Source: Asterionella formosa (lineage: Eukaryota). From it: a stretch of 64,000 nucleotides of DNA. Position 1 is the stretch's first letter. Each line of letters starts with the position of its first letter. The notes under the pieces are model-generated. The model had not been told where the DNA came from and did not search any database. It saw only the letters and a list, made by a program, of their open reading frames with translations. Made by a program: the position numbers and the translations under genes. The stretch spans positions 1 through 64,000 of the forward strand of contig NKIB01013045.1 of the NCBI GenBank assembly GCA_002256025.1, read 5' to 3'. Of this stretch, positions 24,039 through 37,322 are shown one piece after another.

Positions 24039-24881
24039 TTACTCCACAGAGTTGCTTGCTTCTGTGTTTTTTTGTTTCATATACTTCTTGATAAAAGCGT
24101 CTGCCCAAAATCGAGCAATAAGCAGTCTCACGATGCGTCGATCCCCTCGGAAAGAAGGGCTTGGTTTCCCTGGTTCTGTCTCTTGTGCGTCATCTACATC
24201 TCCATCCTCGCCATCATCTGTTTGGGTCTGCCTTGAGCTACGCTCCAGGAGCTTTGCTCCTCCTAGGGATTCCATCCTATCTAACCAAACCTTAAGGATT
24301 TCTTGAACTATTTCTCCTTCCTTATTGCAAACTTGCATGGTAAATCCACCTCTGCGGTCCCAGGAAATGCTTTTTTCAAAAGCAATCTCCTCTTTGCCTC
24401 TCGCATCTGTTGAGTATTTTGTTTCAGCAAAGTGTGCAACCTGTTCGACTACAGCAGTCAAAACCACAGCAAAAGCAGAATGAATGTTATATTTGCTGTT
24501 CAATCGATCTGTAACTTCAGAACGAGGCATTTGCAAAATTTTTTTAATTGATGAGGCAGGCAGGGAGCGACACCAATTCATAAATTCATGGCCGTGCTGA
24601 GTCCAAAATTCCGTATATATCGGTATCTCCTTCTTGAGCTTGTGTCTCAATCTTACACGATCGCCCCATACCTGTTCCCGCATTTCCGGAGGCCATGGGG
24701 ACTTCTGTAGAGCTTTGATTTCGTTTTCTGCTGCGTCGGTTTCAAGGTCTGAAATAGCATTGATCATTCCAGAAACACCGTCAGGAAGGAAGAGAGCCAT
24801 TCCGCAGCAGGCACAGCTTCCGCCATTCACGAAATCAAAAAGTGTTCGGTCAACGACCCATTCATCTGAAAAGCGAGGCAT
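24039..24881 (-). CDS. Hypothetical protein, 280 aa, with an N-terminal CxCC motif
   Basis: Intact intronless ORF containing GGSCACCG, SPWP..MREQVW.DRVRLR and FRGDRRIVRLLIARFWAD. Confidence 0.85.
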   Translation of the reverse strand: MPRFSDEWVVDRTLFDFVNGGSCACCGMALFLPDGVSGMINAISDLETDAAENEIKALQKSPWPPEMREQVWGDRVRLRHKLKKEIPIYTEFWTQHGHEFMNWCRSLPASSIKKILQMPRSEVTDRLNSKYNIHSAFAVVLTAVVEQVAHFAETKYSTDARGKEEIAFEKSISWDRRGGFTMQVCNKEGEIVQEILKVWLDRMESLGGAKLLERSSRQTQTDDGEDGDVDDAQETEPGKPSPSFRGDRRIVRLLIARFWADAFIKKYMKQKNTEASNSVE

Positions 24882-25432
24882 GGTAACAAAGGAATGTCAA
24901 CCACTGAGCAATAGCAGCTGACAAGCAACAGAGACGAATGAGCCGAACTTTCTGAGAAAAGTCCAAACGGTAGTTCCTTCCCTTTCATAAGACAGTTGTG
25001 AATAACCCATGATATAAACCGACGAAATCAACCTGCTACCTGGTACCCGGTACCGTGTACATCTCCTCGGGGTTCCATGGTACCAGTGTACCACATAAAA
25101 ACTGAGAATCATACAAACTTTCAGTTTTGTACTGATAGTCATAACAAAACGGTGTAATCACACGGTTTGAGACGAATATTTGTAATGTTATAAATCTGTA
25201 TTTTTTTAGACAAAGTTCTTCCTTAGGATATAATGAACAGCATTGTTCTTACTTGAACACTGCAATCTCGTACCAGTTCTTTTATTCATAGTAGCCCAAA
25301 ACTGGCTGTCGACGTTATTGGTCCAAATCAGTTTTACCCCATTGAGCCTGCATGACTTTTTCAACGCATCTGAGAAGCTGAAGCTATATAAATAATTAGC
25401 TTGTTTCAAGACTTTTCCGCATCAGTACTATG

Positions 25433-27000
25433 GCAATTCCCGCTCCAACTATCGTCTTGCCATTCGGGGACTTCTAAGTAATTTTTAGGCTTTAAGTAAT
25501 TTCTTAAGTAATTTTTATGTAAGCGCAATATGGGGCACATCGAATTTTTCGGCAATAAAATTGCCGATTTTAGCATGACAACCAGAATAACGGTAGTAAT
25601 ATGCATAGTGAAGGTACAACAAGCGTAAAACACACTAGAATGATTGTAACATGCAACATCAATGAAAATTGAACATGATGTTTGGAGCAACCAAAGTATG
25701 AAATGCGTTGTAATAATTAGCATCAAATGAGAAATAGAAGAAAAAAAATTTTGGTTAGAAATGATGGAAAAAATAAGAGTTCCAATGGAGACGTATGCAT
25801 TGTGAATCATTGTAGTACTTACACAGGCAACATTGACTTTCCATCACCATACAAGAGAAGACCGAAAGAAGAAGAAAAAAAGCTCAACCCAATGTAGACC
25901 TGCATCGTTATGTAGCGTCAATGGTCTGGTTGCTGCAACCATGCACATCGCTGTAGTAGCCTCCTGACACCAGTAGCAGTATTTCCGCCACAGTCCTCGT
26001 TCCTCCCACCAAACAACCCTGATGTCCATTCCAATCCATTCTGATTGAGTATAATCGCCAGGCTGCTTCAGCACTATTGACTCCCTCTAGCTGAATATAC
26101 GTAGCTTCTGATACGAACTTGTGGTAGAAATGTAGCAAAGCGCATTAGTACAAGAAAAGCATTGCTTGGCGGCAATATTGACATCATTGTCAATGACTAT
26201 ACAAATCAACAAATACAATCAACAACGGTACAATACCACATCTTCAATGAGTAGTCATTGATAAATGCATTGGTTCTTATGTAGATGTATACAATCGAAA
26301 CAAAACGACAGTGCAGAACGACAAACAACGACGGAAGCGATCAAAACAAACCAAGGAAGCAATCAAATCGGAAAGTCGATAAATACGATCTACAATCCAC
26401 ATTCAGCGTTTCACTGTTGTACTCACCGATCCGCTTCAAATAGCATAACAAGCAGTAGACGATGGGATCAAAGAAAGAAGAACGTTGCCTATTGCAAGCC
26501 CGAATAGAGCAAAGGCAGGCAAGATAGAGTGAGAACTATATTTGTGAGGACGAAATCGGGCATGCGGTATGTAAAATCAATGAATATGTGAATGATAAAA
26601 TTTAACATTCAGGTCTCGTAAAAATAATACCGAGTCTACAGAGATAATATTATAACGTGTTCAAAGTAAGCGTTAAAGTATAGCTTAAACCATGCTTTGT
26701 TTTTTTAGTACCACGTAAGTATGTAGACTAGATGACTGCCAGTAGCGGTAGAATATCCGTTAAGCATCATCACATACATGACCGGAGCAAAAACTTGCCA
26801 CCAACATCAGATGTATCGATATATCATTGTTCGTCCGACGAAATATGGACGATGCGACTACATGAATCCCTCGAGAAGACAAGCTATCCAACAACCAACC
26901 GCATCCGTTAGACAACAAATCGCTACTGGCGTCATCGCAGAACTGATTTCGCTTCAAATCGGTCATGATGGACGACGATTGGCATGGTGAAAGGTGAATT
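25433..27000. mobile_element. Unclassified dispersed repeat, copy B (opposite orientation to A and C)
   Basis: 25433-25974 is the reverse complement of 37323-37858 (high similarity by eye). 26280-27000 is the reverse complement of 3248-3890. Confidence 0.8.
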
Positions 27001-27002
27001 CA

Positions 27003-27915
27003 AAAATTCCAAGCCATCTTTCTCCACCAATTTAAGACCGATTTCTATCCAGCAAAGTATTCTACTTACTCGAGATCAGTGCAGTCATTTCGAATATCGA
27101 TATTCTCAGAACGAACATATATTGAACAAATTGGTCATCAGGATGTGTAAAATTTCAGTTTTTGTGGGCTGCTGCATGACCAGTATTCCAAACCATCTTT
27201 CTTCACCAATTTAACGCTGCTTCTATCAAGCAAAGTAATCGATTTACACGAGATCACTGCCGTCATTTCGAATATCGATATTCTCAGAACGAACATATAT
27301 TGATTAAATTGGTCATCAAGATGTGAAATAAATTTTCGTTTCTTGTGGACTGATCATAAGTAGTGTGGCAACAAAAATTCCATACCTCCTTTCTCCACCA
27401 ATTTAAAGCCGACTTTTATCCAATATAGTATTTGATTTTAATGAGATCAATGCTATCATTTTGAACGTCGATATTCTCAGAACAAGCATATATTGATCAA
27501 AGGAGACGTCGGGATGTGTAAATTTGCTGTGTTTGTGGACTGGTCAGCCATCAGTGCTGTGGCAGCAAAAATTCCAAACCATCTTTCTCCACCAATTTAA
27601 GGCCGATTTATATCCAGCATAGTATTCGATGTACACGAGATCAATGCCTTCATGGCGAATGTTGATTTTCTGAGAACGAACATAAAAGGAGGTATCAGGA
27701 TGTGTAAATTTTTTTAAATTTTCGGTGATAGTGGACTGATATGATCAATGCAGTAGAAACGAAAATTCCAAACCATCTTTCTCCACCAATTTAAGGCCAA
27801 TTTCTATCCAGCATAGTAATTGATGTACAAAAGATCAATGCCGTCAAGGCGAATGTCGATATACTCATAATGAACATATATTGATCAGAGGAGGAGGCAT
27901 CAGGATGTGTAGATG
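27003..27915. repeat. Tandem array 1, 5 x ~182-195 bp
   Basis: AAAATTCCAAACCATCTTTCTCCACCAATTTAA recurs at ~27003, 27185, 27375, 27568 and 27763, with similarity across the whole unit. Confidence 0.95.
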
Positions 27916-28285
27916 GTGATTGTGGCACTTCTCATTTTTGATTTCCTAGCATAGGATGTGCTAGTGTGCCATGATGATACTAGTTAGTACATCAGCAGGG
28001 GCGCACCAAAACTCAAAGCTATTATTTTCTACCAAATTACATCCATCTACTAAACTGCTAAGAGTTTTATTGGTCAAGTCAGACATCAGCAAATATTTTT
28101 TGGAGTGCATTGACTGGTGTACAGAAAAGGTGCAAAATATTGCGAAAAATACAGGTTAGCTATGGAGTGGTTGAATTCAATGAAGTTGATAGTCCTCATC
28201 TCCTTGGCCCTTGCCTTTACGACCAATTTGTTATTGCTACAGTTATCAATATAGATGTAATCTAGCCGATCGGCAAAGAAGAATG

Positions 28286-28904
28286 TCATTGCGGCACATC
28301 TCAATTTTGACTCACTATGGCAACCAACAATGAATGTTAAAATATGCAACAGCTGTTTCTTAACGAATGTACGAATTAAATTGTTGTCAGCTACTCATAC
28401 TTTGCTTCTTTTCTATATTGTACTTGCCAAAGTTATCGCTGTAGACTATTTGTAGCCGCTCCAAGAAGGAGACGGCCATTGCGGCACATCTCATTTTTGA
28501 CTCACTATGGCAACATGCATTGAATATTAAGAATATGCAACAGCTGTTTCTTAACGAATTTACGAATTCAATTGTTGTCAGCTACTCATCCTATCCTTCT
28601 TTTCCTATATTGTACTTGCGAGAGTTATCGCTCTAGACTTTTTGTAGCTGCTCCGAAACGGAGAAGGCCATTGCGGTACATCTCAATTTTGACTCACTAG
28701 TACGGCGACATGCATTGAATGTTAAAATATGCAACAGCTGTTTCTTAACGAAATAACGGATTCAATTCCTTATTGTCAGCTACTCATCCTTTCCTTCTTT
28801 TTCTATATTGTACTTGCTAGAGTTATTGCTGTAGACTATTTGTAGCCGCTCCAAGAAGGAGAAGGCCATTGCAGCACATCTCAATTTCGACTCACTACAG
28901 CAAC
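28286..28904. repeat. Tandem array 2, ~3.2 x ~190 bp (different unit)
   Basis: CATTGCGGCACATCTCAATTTTGACTCACTA recurs at ~28287, 28477, 28669 and 28867, and AATATGCAACAGCTGTTTCTTAACGAA occurs three times. Confidence 0.95.
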
Positions 28905-29670
28905 ACCAAAATAAATAGATCATGAGTCAGCATCACAAGCAGCCTGGACACTCTTGATTCCATAAGTCATGCAGTGACCGAAAAAATGAACCAGGGTTGT
29001 TGCCACTTTCAACTAAAGTTGGGCGGTTGATGGTGGCTAGGAAGTCGTCAATAGCACCAACACATCCTCTTATCATGCCCCCAGAGTTTTTGCATTCAAA
29101 GCTGGAAGCGAATTTGATAAATTATTCTTTTTCTTTTGGAAAAATAATTTCGAGTTCTTCACAGTTTAGTACAGCATCAATGAACAAATCACGACATCGA
29201 TAAAGTGAAGCAATGCTACAACCGTAGGCATGACGAATGTCGATGTAACTGCCACTAGCCAACCATTGCAAACCAATGGCTACCACAAATTCGGGAAGTA
29301 TGGGCTCAGAAGTGCCACATTTGGAAAAATTCCCTGCAATCTGAATTTCCAGCATGGAGGTGAGTTTTTTAAATGCTCTGTGTGACATTCTGTATGTCTT
29401 CTTGAAAACAATCTCGTGATTGAGTTTCTTGACATGTGATTACCAAGAGATTCTTTTGTGGTGCCACTTGTGCCTTCATTGTCATCATTGTTGTTTGGAT
29501 GAGTGATGCTGCTGTCTACAGTGTTGCCTTGTTGCCTTGTCACCTTTGTTGTTTGGATGAGTGTTCTTTTTCCTCTGCTTTCTTAGCTAAATGAAAGAGG
29601 AAGAAGAAATCCAGATCACTGCTGTCATCATTGTTATCATCAAGTAACTCAAAAGAAGGCAACGACATGA
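28905..29670 (-). pseudogene. Harbinger (HARBI1-like) transposase 5' fragment, truncated at array 2
   Basis: MSHRAFKKL..PEFVVAIGLQWLASGSYIDIRHAYG..YRCRDLFIDAVL, then RGCVGAIDDFL and VQAACDAD (frameshifted). Confidence 0.85.
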
Positions 29671-30121
29671 TTTATGCAATGGTGTGTTTTTAATATAATA
29701 TAGTTTAATTATATTTTATGTTGCTGCTTGATATCAAGATCATCATTATAATCTGGAGAGATATACACATGATCTTTGCCAGCCTGTTGCCATTGAAGAT
29801 CAATGTTACTCCATGATACACTGTGATCACAAATTAGTGATACAGTGTCACTTTTGGAATGAATGAAATTCAGTTCAAATCAAGTTACCTGTACTGTTGC
29901 TGATACATTTTCAAAAGATTTCAAATTCCGTGATAAACGAAAAAAAATGCAAAGAACGGTGTGCGACTCTTTTTTACCTCCCGATACATGCGTAAAATAC
30001 CAGCACGTCAGATATCTAGCGGTGTATACACGCATAGTCTGCTGATGGTAATACCATCAGGCAGCGATTTTTCTCAAGCAATTGTTGATTACACTTTCCT
30101 GAACAGTGTTGAGCGAAGGAA

Positions 30122-31169
30122 ATGGTAATTTCGTCGGCACCTCATGTGGACCATGTTGCTTTTCTGAGCGGTTTTCTTGCAGGAATAGCGCAAGCCGGTC
30201 TATTCAATCCATACGATCGAGCTTTGTATTTGAGCGTCGCAAATAGGACTCCTTTTCTATCTTGGGAAAACTGGCAATCGCCGTATCAAGGATTTTTGCA
30301 GTCCGTTGGTGGTAGAGCATTGTCTGGAGGACTGTAAGTTTATGTCATGCTCTGGTTTCAGTCCTGTAAAGTGAAATTTTCGAGAACAATGGAAGATCCG
30401 ATTTTTCGTGCATATGCCGAGGTTCTTTCTAACGCATCAAAATATTCTGCTGCCACTTTGCAGATATTATCCTCTTGAACACTTCTTCATTACGCTCGTT
30501 CCCAAAGATTTAGGTGCATCGGCAAATTTTCTTGCCGGTACAGCCGCTGGAATGAGCAATGCGTTAATTCTTAACCCTATATCAGCAGTCAAGTACAAGA
30601 CATGGGGACGAGAAGTCAATCGAGGCATGTGGACAGAAGTTTGCTCTATGTTCCGACAAGGAGGTGTCCGACCCTTTCTTAATGGACTGACGCCAACCCT
30701 TCTACGAGACGTTTCATTCGGAGGAGTGTATACATATCTACGGTTAGAAATGCAATTTTATGGCCTGCCGCCGGAATATCAATGGGCTGCCAACATGGCC
30801 GCAGCTGCAATAGCAACCGTGGTCAGTGGTCCCTTTAATCTGGCAAGAAACGAACAATATTCAACAAGATCAATAGCTAAGGCACCGACAATTATGGAGG
30901 TCTTTCTGGGTTTGATAAAAGAGGTACATCAACTGCCAACGACGTATGAAAAGTGTCATCACCTGCAAACACGGTTAAGAATAGGCTACGGGACAATGCG
31001 CGTTGCTGTAGGAATGGCATTTGGTCATTCTGTCTATGACACCTGCATGTTGCAATACGAATCACATAAGGCTGATTTTTATGCCTTGGAAGAGCGACTT
31101 CATCTGATACCTGCTCGACGAGAAACTCTACTGAGAGTGGAAGGGTCTGGACAGCCTAAGAAGGCCTGA
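30122..31169 (+). CDS. Mitochondrial carrier family (SLC25) protein. Exons 30122-30333 and 30464-31169.
   Basis: Three carrier repeats (NPYDRALY, NPISAVKY, GPFNLARN) and GLTPTLLRDVSFGGVY. GT-AG intron 30334-30463 joins the two ORFs in frame. Confidence 0.9.
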
Positions 31170-31486
31170 TATCTAGGACATAATCCACAAAAAGTATCCT
31201 AAGCGGTTCGCCTCGTGAACCATGCGCAACAAAAGTAAGTGGGAAATGATATCGCAGAAGAATCAGTAAAGCTGAGCTCTCCCTGTCGATGAGTTGTCTT
31301 GACATTGTTCGGAACAAGATCAACAAGAGATCGCAACTTTGCCCAGAATGGAATACCTCACCCTCATTGATTAAATGGATTCTGATCATATGAAAAAGCT
31401 TCAGAAGCAACTAACCAAATTTTGAGTTACAAAAATTCAACGAGGCCTATTCATTCTACATTCAAAGCAATATTATTTTCTTCTCA

Positions 31487-32269
31487 TTACACGAGTAGAA
31501 CGGCGTTGACACATCCATCAAGCTCGGGATTGTTTGTGACTTGTGCCATTTTTCCCCAAGCAACCTTTCCAGATGTAGTTACCAAACCTAGATCACTAAC
31601 GTTCACTTCAATGATGGTTCCTTTGGTCATTACGCCTAGGTTTGTGTATAGGTTCGACGATGGGTTCTTCTTGACAGCAAGAATATCCAACTGAAAGCTC
31701 GTCTTCAATTCAGGGTGTGTCACATTGGCTTTACGCATACGAAGTCCCGTGGGGCGAATGAATCGTTCATACTTTGGAGCCTTTCGTGTAAAGCTATCCC
31801 CGACAAATGTACACTTAGTAACCACTCTCTTCCACGCTTTATTATTCTTTTTCCCCGTTTTCTGGATCTTGAACATCTCATCATCAGCCACAGGCTTTAC
31901 CTTGGGAATAGGAACTTCCCATTTTCCGGCCTTCTCTTTTCGTTTCTGTTTGACAGTATTGCTCAATACCTTGGCCCGTGACACACCTTCACGATCAAGC
32001 AAATAAGCGGGAACCGCACCTTCAGCAACAGCTTCGTCGTTCGCATGCTTGTTTGTTCTCTCGTTGTGTTGAGCAATGGTTTTGCGCATCGTGGCCTTTT
32101 CTTTGAATCGTCGTTCATTGTAAAGCTTAGCGCGAATACCATGTACCTTCTGCGCAAAGTGAGAACGCTTGTGTACCAATCGAGCTTCTTTCTTGCGGTC
32201 TCTCTCATCGGCGTCCATTCGACGGCCATGCAGCTTCAGGTGACGCTCCATATGTTCGTGCTGAGGCAT
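31487..32269 (-). CDS. NSA2: Ribosome biogenesis protein NSA2
   Basis: [90 protein letters not shown]. 260 aa. Confidence 0.98.
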   Translation of the reverse strand: MPQHEHMERHLKLHGRRMDADERDRKKEARLVHKRSHFAQKVHGIRAKLYNERRFKEKATMRKTIAQHNERTNKHANDEAVAEGAVPAYLLDREGVSRAKVLSNTVKQKRKEKAGKWEVPIPKVKPVADDEMFKIQKTGKKNNKAWKRVVTKCTFVGDSFTRKAPKYERFIRPTGLRMRKANVTHPELKTSFQLDILAVKKNPSSNLYTNLGVMTKGTIIEVNVSDLGLVTTSGKVAWGKMAQVTNNPELDGCVNAVLLV

Positions 32270-33040
32270 GGTGTCGTAACTGCTTTATTAAATAGAAAGG
32301 GAAAATAGGGTCGAAATCAGCGGGTTGCAACGGCTAACCGATATGCAATTGAAAACTACAACTCGAATGAAATTCAGAATTGTGTTCACATTAAAATCGG
32401 TACATAATCCAATGGATCGGTAGCTAAGAATACTACTACTGCTGGATCAACTTACCTACATGTGATACCTCTATTCTTGTTGTCGACGTCTATTTATTAC
32501 ACAGTAGCTACTAGACTAATAATGGTATTAATTAAAAAGTGTATTTATAAAACCAAGTCCGTTTTCGCTACGTATTTACCATAGTACCGGTAATGCTGTC
32601 GTGATAGAATGTTGTACCAGGTACCTGGTACGTATGGTGAACGAGGTTGCTCCTACCGTTACCAGGTATTAGTTGGTAACAGGGGTACCTGGTACCAGTA
32701 GCACCAAGTATGTGTTCATACCACCAGGTACCAGGTACCAGGGTACCGGGTAATTCATAACATAGATAAATAGATTTTTCCTTTCGACTCTCGTTTTTCA
32801 CTGGCTGTGAGGTATCAACGGGGCGCGTTTCAGACGTACACATAATGACAACATACCGTACACACGAAAAAACCGTAATGTACAACAAAGAAAAACCGGT
32901 TGCATTGACGGTTGATTTTGTACTCCCTTTTTGGTTGAAAAATCAAGTCTGATTAGTCGTAGAAAGTCCGGGATGTGCTTGATGATGCATAAAAATATGC
33001 ACCTGAAGATGGTGGTACCAGTACCAGGTACCACCTGGTA

Positions 33041-33070
33041 CTCCCTCTGTCTAGTAACAGTTGCATCGAT
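33041..33070 (+). mobile_element. Stowaway/mariner-type TIR, left-facing, preceded by TA
   Basis: TA|CTCCCTCTGTCTAGTAACAGTTGCATCGAT is 27/30 identical to the reverse complement of 45690-45719. Confidence 0.75.
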
Positions 33071-33199
33071 TCGCCGGCACCACCAGTGTCTGTACTGTTT
33101 GCATATGAAGGATTATGTAGCCAATATACCAAATTTCTACGTGAGGGTTGGCTTACTCGAAAAAATGCGTTTTTAATGAGTTACATAGACGTGAACATA

Positions 33200-36100
33200 T
33201 ACTTGGTTTCTGTAATTAAATTATTACCTTTTAAATAAATTAATCGAAACCAATTTAACATACACATATTCATTGCATGCATGTACATATCACCAACTGC
33301 TGTTTCACATTGGCCGGCTTGTCAAATATTTGCGGGAAACCAAATACAACAAGCCACTATCATAATTATAACATAAATAGAATAATTGTCATTCGGTATA
33401 CTCTCTACGGATGTTGCACCTACATGGACCATGCCAGCGGATGTTTGATGGTTACAATCCTCACAATGAGCATACCATCGCTTTCTTACTTCCTATCATC
33501 ACCACTTTTGGGGTTTCACATTCCTTAAAATGATTCCGGATACAAGGATGTTGCCTGGTACGTCGCCTAGTGTGTCGCCTAATAATTTGGGAATATTGCC
33601 TACCAAGATCCATTCACCATGCATCCCTTCCTGTTAAAGTTCAATTCTCTGCTTCATCATCAAATGGTCTATGGAATATTGCAGGTGTCCCCAATAAGAT
33701 TGGGCATGTATCACGGAGTAGCTAAAGATGCACCCTTGTCTCAATTGGTTCATCGTGATTTACCGAAGGGGGCCAACTACGTAAAGAGCATAGCGAATTT
33801 AGCAATAGAAATAGCAAGAACTAAAAGTCTTGAAGATGGGGTTGGGCCTGAGCTGCTTCCATTGTAAGGATTGACTTTTATTATCATGTTAAAATTGAAA
33901 GTAACATTCCCGGCCAAACTTCTATTCTATATGCATTCCGAAATGGAATAATGATTCAAATTCAGGAATCTCTGGTCGTGAATGGTTTGACTGGGTTGAA
34001 GTGAACTGGGAGAAAGGAGATGGATCAAGTTCCTACACAATTCCAGCAAAACGATTTCTTTGGGGAAATGTTGTTTTCTCCAACGCAACAACCATTCTCT
34101 TAGCGTGTATTTGTTTCATGAAAAGTTCAGCTGAAATGAAAATTCATAAAAGTTTGGTTTTTGGAAGAGGCGACACCTTATGCTATGATACAACTGATTT
34201 GAGCGACGTTGAATTTCATATCATACTTTCGGCAGCATTTGTTTTTCCTGCTTTGAAACCACAGGAATCAAGGAAATTTCTGAAACCGCAAGGAGTTTTG
34301 GAACAGAAACGGAAATATAATTTTTATGTTTCAATGCCTCCACATCATTCATGGAAATCAATTGGGTGGGACCAAAAACTAACAAGCAAACGTTGATAAA
34401 GATACAAGAATAATATAACTGATAAAAATAATTTAGTTTGCTTTCACATACTAGTTAAGGTATTAGGAGGTTTTCACAAACTACAATGTCCTAAGGAATG
34501 ATGACATTGGATGATCCCAATGGTCCATTATTTGTTCTTTTTCACTCCCAAAGAACCTAAGATGGTCCTTCTCGTTTCGTCCGGAATTTTTCTTCTCCAC
34601 TTTTCAACTGCAGTTCGATATGAGTCTGTAAACTTTTTCAATTTGACTCCAGAAGGGCTATCATCAGTTACAAAATTTGTTTTTCAACTTTTTGTCCATT
34701 TTTATGCAAGCAGAAATGTGGCCAAGAGGTGCATGATTATACCATTTGAAGATTGCAACTTTTCATTCATTTGTTGGATCATGGATTTTACGTAGACAAC
34801 ATCATCCTTCTTGAAAGATGAATTGCAAGGAAGTCGTCCAAATACTTCGTTAAACATTTTTAAATCTAAATAGGAGGCAGCTCAAAATTTTGTGGATACA
34901 AAATTGAAGAACAGTTATTTCCAACTGAAACATATCCTCACGAGAATTTGTCGTTGTCACTTGAGGCCAAACTGTTCCAAGATGAAAGTATGTTGACTTG
35001 GTTGGTGGGTCAGATGTAACAGATAATAAATGGTCTATTTGATCTGTTGCTACTACCTGACTCCAGGACTCTGTCTCCAATTGGAATTGTGCCTGGTTTT
35101 GCCATTCCTTTCTAATTGCAATAGATTTTCCAACAATTTCACAATTGAAAAAGTTCAACATGACCATCCGCTATCATCTTCTGCTTGAAATATCATGGAA
35201 TCATGTTCATACTAGTTAAGGTATTAGGAGGTTTTCACAAACTACAATGTCCTAAGGAATGATGACATTGGATGATCCCAATGGTCCATTATTTGTTCTT
35301 TTTCACTCCCAAAGAACCTAAGATGGTCCTTCTCGTTTCGTCCGGAATTTTTCTTCTCCACTTTTCAACTGCAGTTCGATATGAGTCTGTAAACTTTTTC
35401 AATTTGACTCCAGAAGGGCTATCATCAGTTACAAAATTTGTTTTTCAACTTTTTGTCCATTTTTATGCAAGCAGAAATGTGGCCAAGAGGTGCATGATTA
35501 TACCATTTGAAGATTGCAACTTTTCATTCATTTGTTGGATCATGGATTTTACGTAGACAACATCATCCTTCTTGAAAGATGAATTGCAAGGAAGTCGTCC
35601 AAATACTTCGTTAAACATTTTTAAATCTAAATAGGAGGCAGCTCAAAATTTTGTGGATACAAAATTGAAGAATAGTTATTTCCAACTGAAACATATCCTC
35701 ATGAGAATTTGTCGTTGTCACTTGAGGCCAAACTGTTCCAAGATGAAAGTATGTTGACTTGGTTGGTGGGTCAGATGTAACAGATAACAAATCGTCTGTT
35801 CTATCTGTTGCTACCAGCTGACGTTTTAAAATTTTCCAGGACTCCATCTCCAAACGTAATTGAGCCCGGTTGCCAAGAAATTTTGTTTTGCCATTCCTTT
35901 CTAATTGCAATAGATTTTCCAACAATTTCACAATTGTAATTGGTCGAAATGACCATCCATTATCATCTTCTGGTTGAAATAACATGGAGCAAATCATGTT
36001 CAGTGGCCATAATGATCTGCAATGGTGCTTTGGTACCAGTATAGAAAGATTACGATAAACCAATTTCTTCAGGTATATTGGATTCTTGTGGAAGATATCC

Positions 36101-36800
36101 TGTATCAGTGCATAACAATTTCAATTGTTTGGTGCATCTAGTGATGATGCAGTACTTCTGGGCAAGGTGAAATACTTGATCATAATGTTCGCTCATCCAC
36201 ACTTGCATCTTTTCCTAGATCATGGACTTGACATAGGAATCCATCATTTATAGCAAAAAGATAATGCACAAAATGGTTGTTTTCCTCCTCATCTGATCTT
36301 TTGCAAGAAACAATTAGAACATAAAGTAGTTACTGTCATAATGAAGTGGATGACAATCACCTTGGTATGTCATATATACGGTTTGTTATTATCCTTTTCT
36401 CTGTTCTCATCCAGATCAAATATTACCTTTACATCAGTTGGATGAAGTTAATGAATTATATAATGGATCAAAGAGCGAGGTAATTGTTTCAAGGTGCAAA
36501 TATGCAAGATCTTTAAAGTCTGAAGTTGATCAAAGTGTGGATGGAAATGTGACTCTGTAGGAATAGAGTCTTCATCCGCAAAGAACAACTGTTTGGGTTT
36601 CCTCTTCGAAAGCAATCTTTCCTTCTCTTCAATCTCTGCCACTATTGAATTCTTCCTTCATTATTTTTTCTGGAATATTATGAATCTGTTCAAATTCATC
36701 TGAACTTTGAGTGTATTCAAAGGAATCTTCGATTGATTTCATAAGTTTCTTCATCTTCTTTTCCGAAAAGATAAAGTCGTGTAGTATAAATGACGGAAGT
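33200..36800 (-). pseudogene. Unidentified decayed coding remnant, probably TE-derived
   Basis: AT-rich, CpG-poor region with stop-interrupted protein-like frames on the minus strand. No family motif was recognised. Confidence 0.3.
34447..36000. repeat. 761-bp tandem duplication
   Basis: CATACTAGTTAAGGTATTAGGAGG occurs at ~34447 and ~35208. Identical 94-aa ORFs at 34511 and 35272. Confidence 0.95.
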
Positions 36801-37322
36801 AAGTCACGTTTCTTGTTTTACTGATCCTTTCCATGAAATCTATGAAATGCCATTTGGAAAGTTGTCAAACAAGGGCCAGAAGACTATGAAGCAAAACAGT
36901 GGAAGGGAAACACGGAGCTTTCTGCGTCGCTTGGTGTGGAGGTGCAACTGGTGTGATGGTAACCGAGTGTAGGAATTTTTGAACAGAGCACAGTGTAATA
37001 TGCATGTTCCGCCAGCGTAGTGTTTACACAATACATATGCCGGTATATATAGCTTTAACAAGGAAAAACGACATGACGATGGACGTGATGGCTTGTGTTT
37101 GGGGATACCGGTATGTGATATGCATCAATCCATATCACAAATCATATTATGGTCATGAACATATCATAAATATATCATAAACATTTTAATAGATCACCAT
37201 AGTTCAATGATCAATGTATCATAGCTATGTGATATACTTTATTCAATATTACGTATCATATTTTGGCGATGTATGCATCGACGTAATCCTATCGTGATAT
37301 CACATTATCATCTTATCAATCA

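Noticed and set aside
27003..28904. CRISPR-like array
   Set aside because: Whole units are similar, with no unique spacers and no cas genes. The context is eukaryotic.
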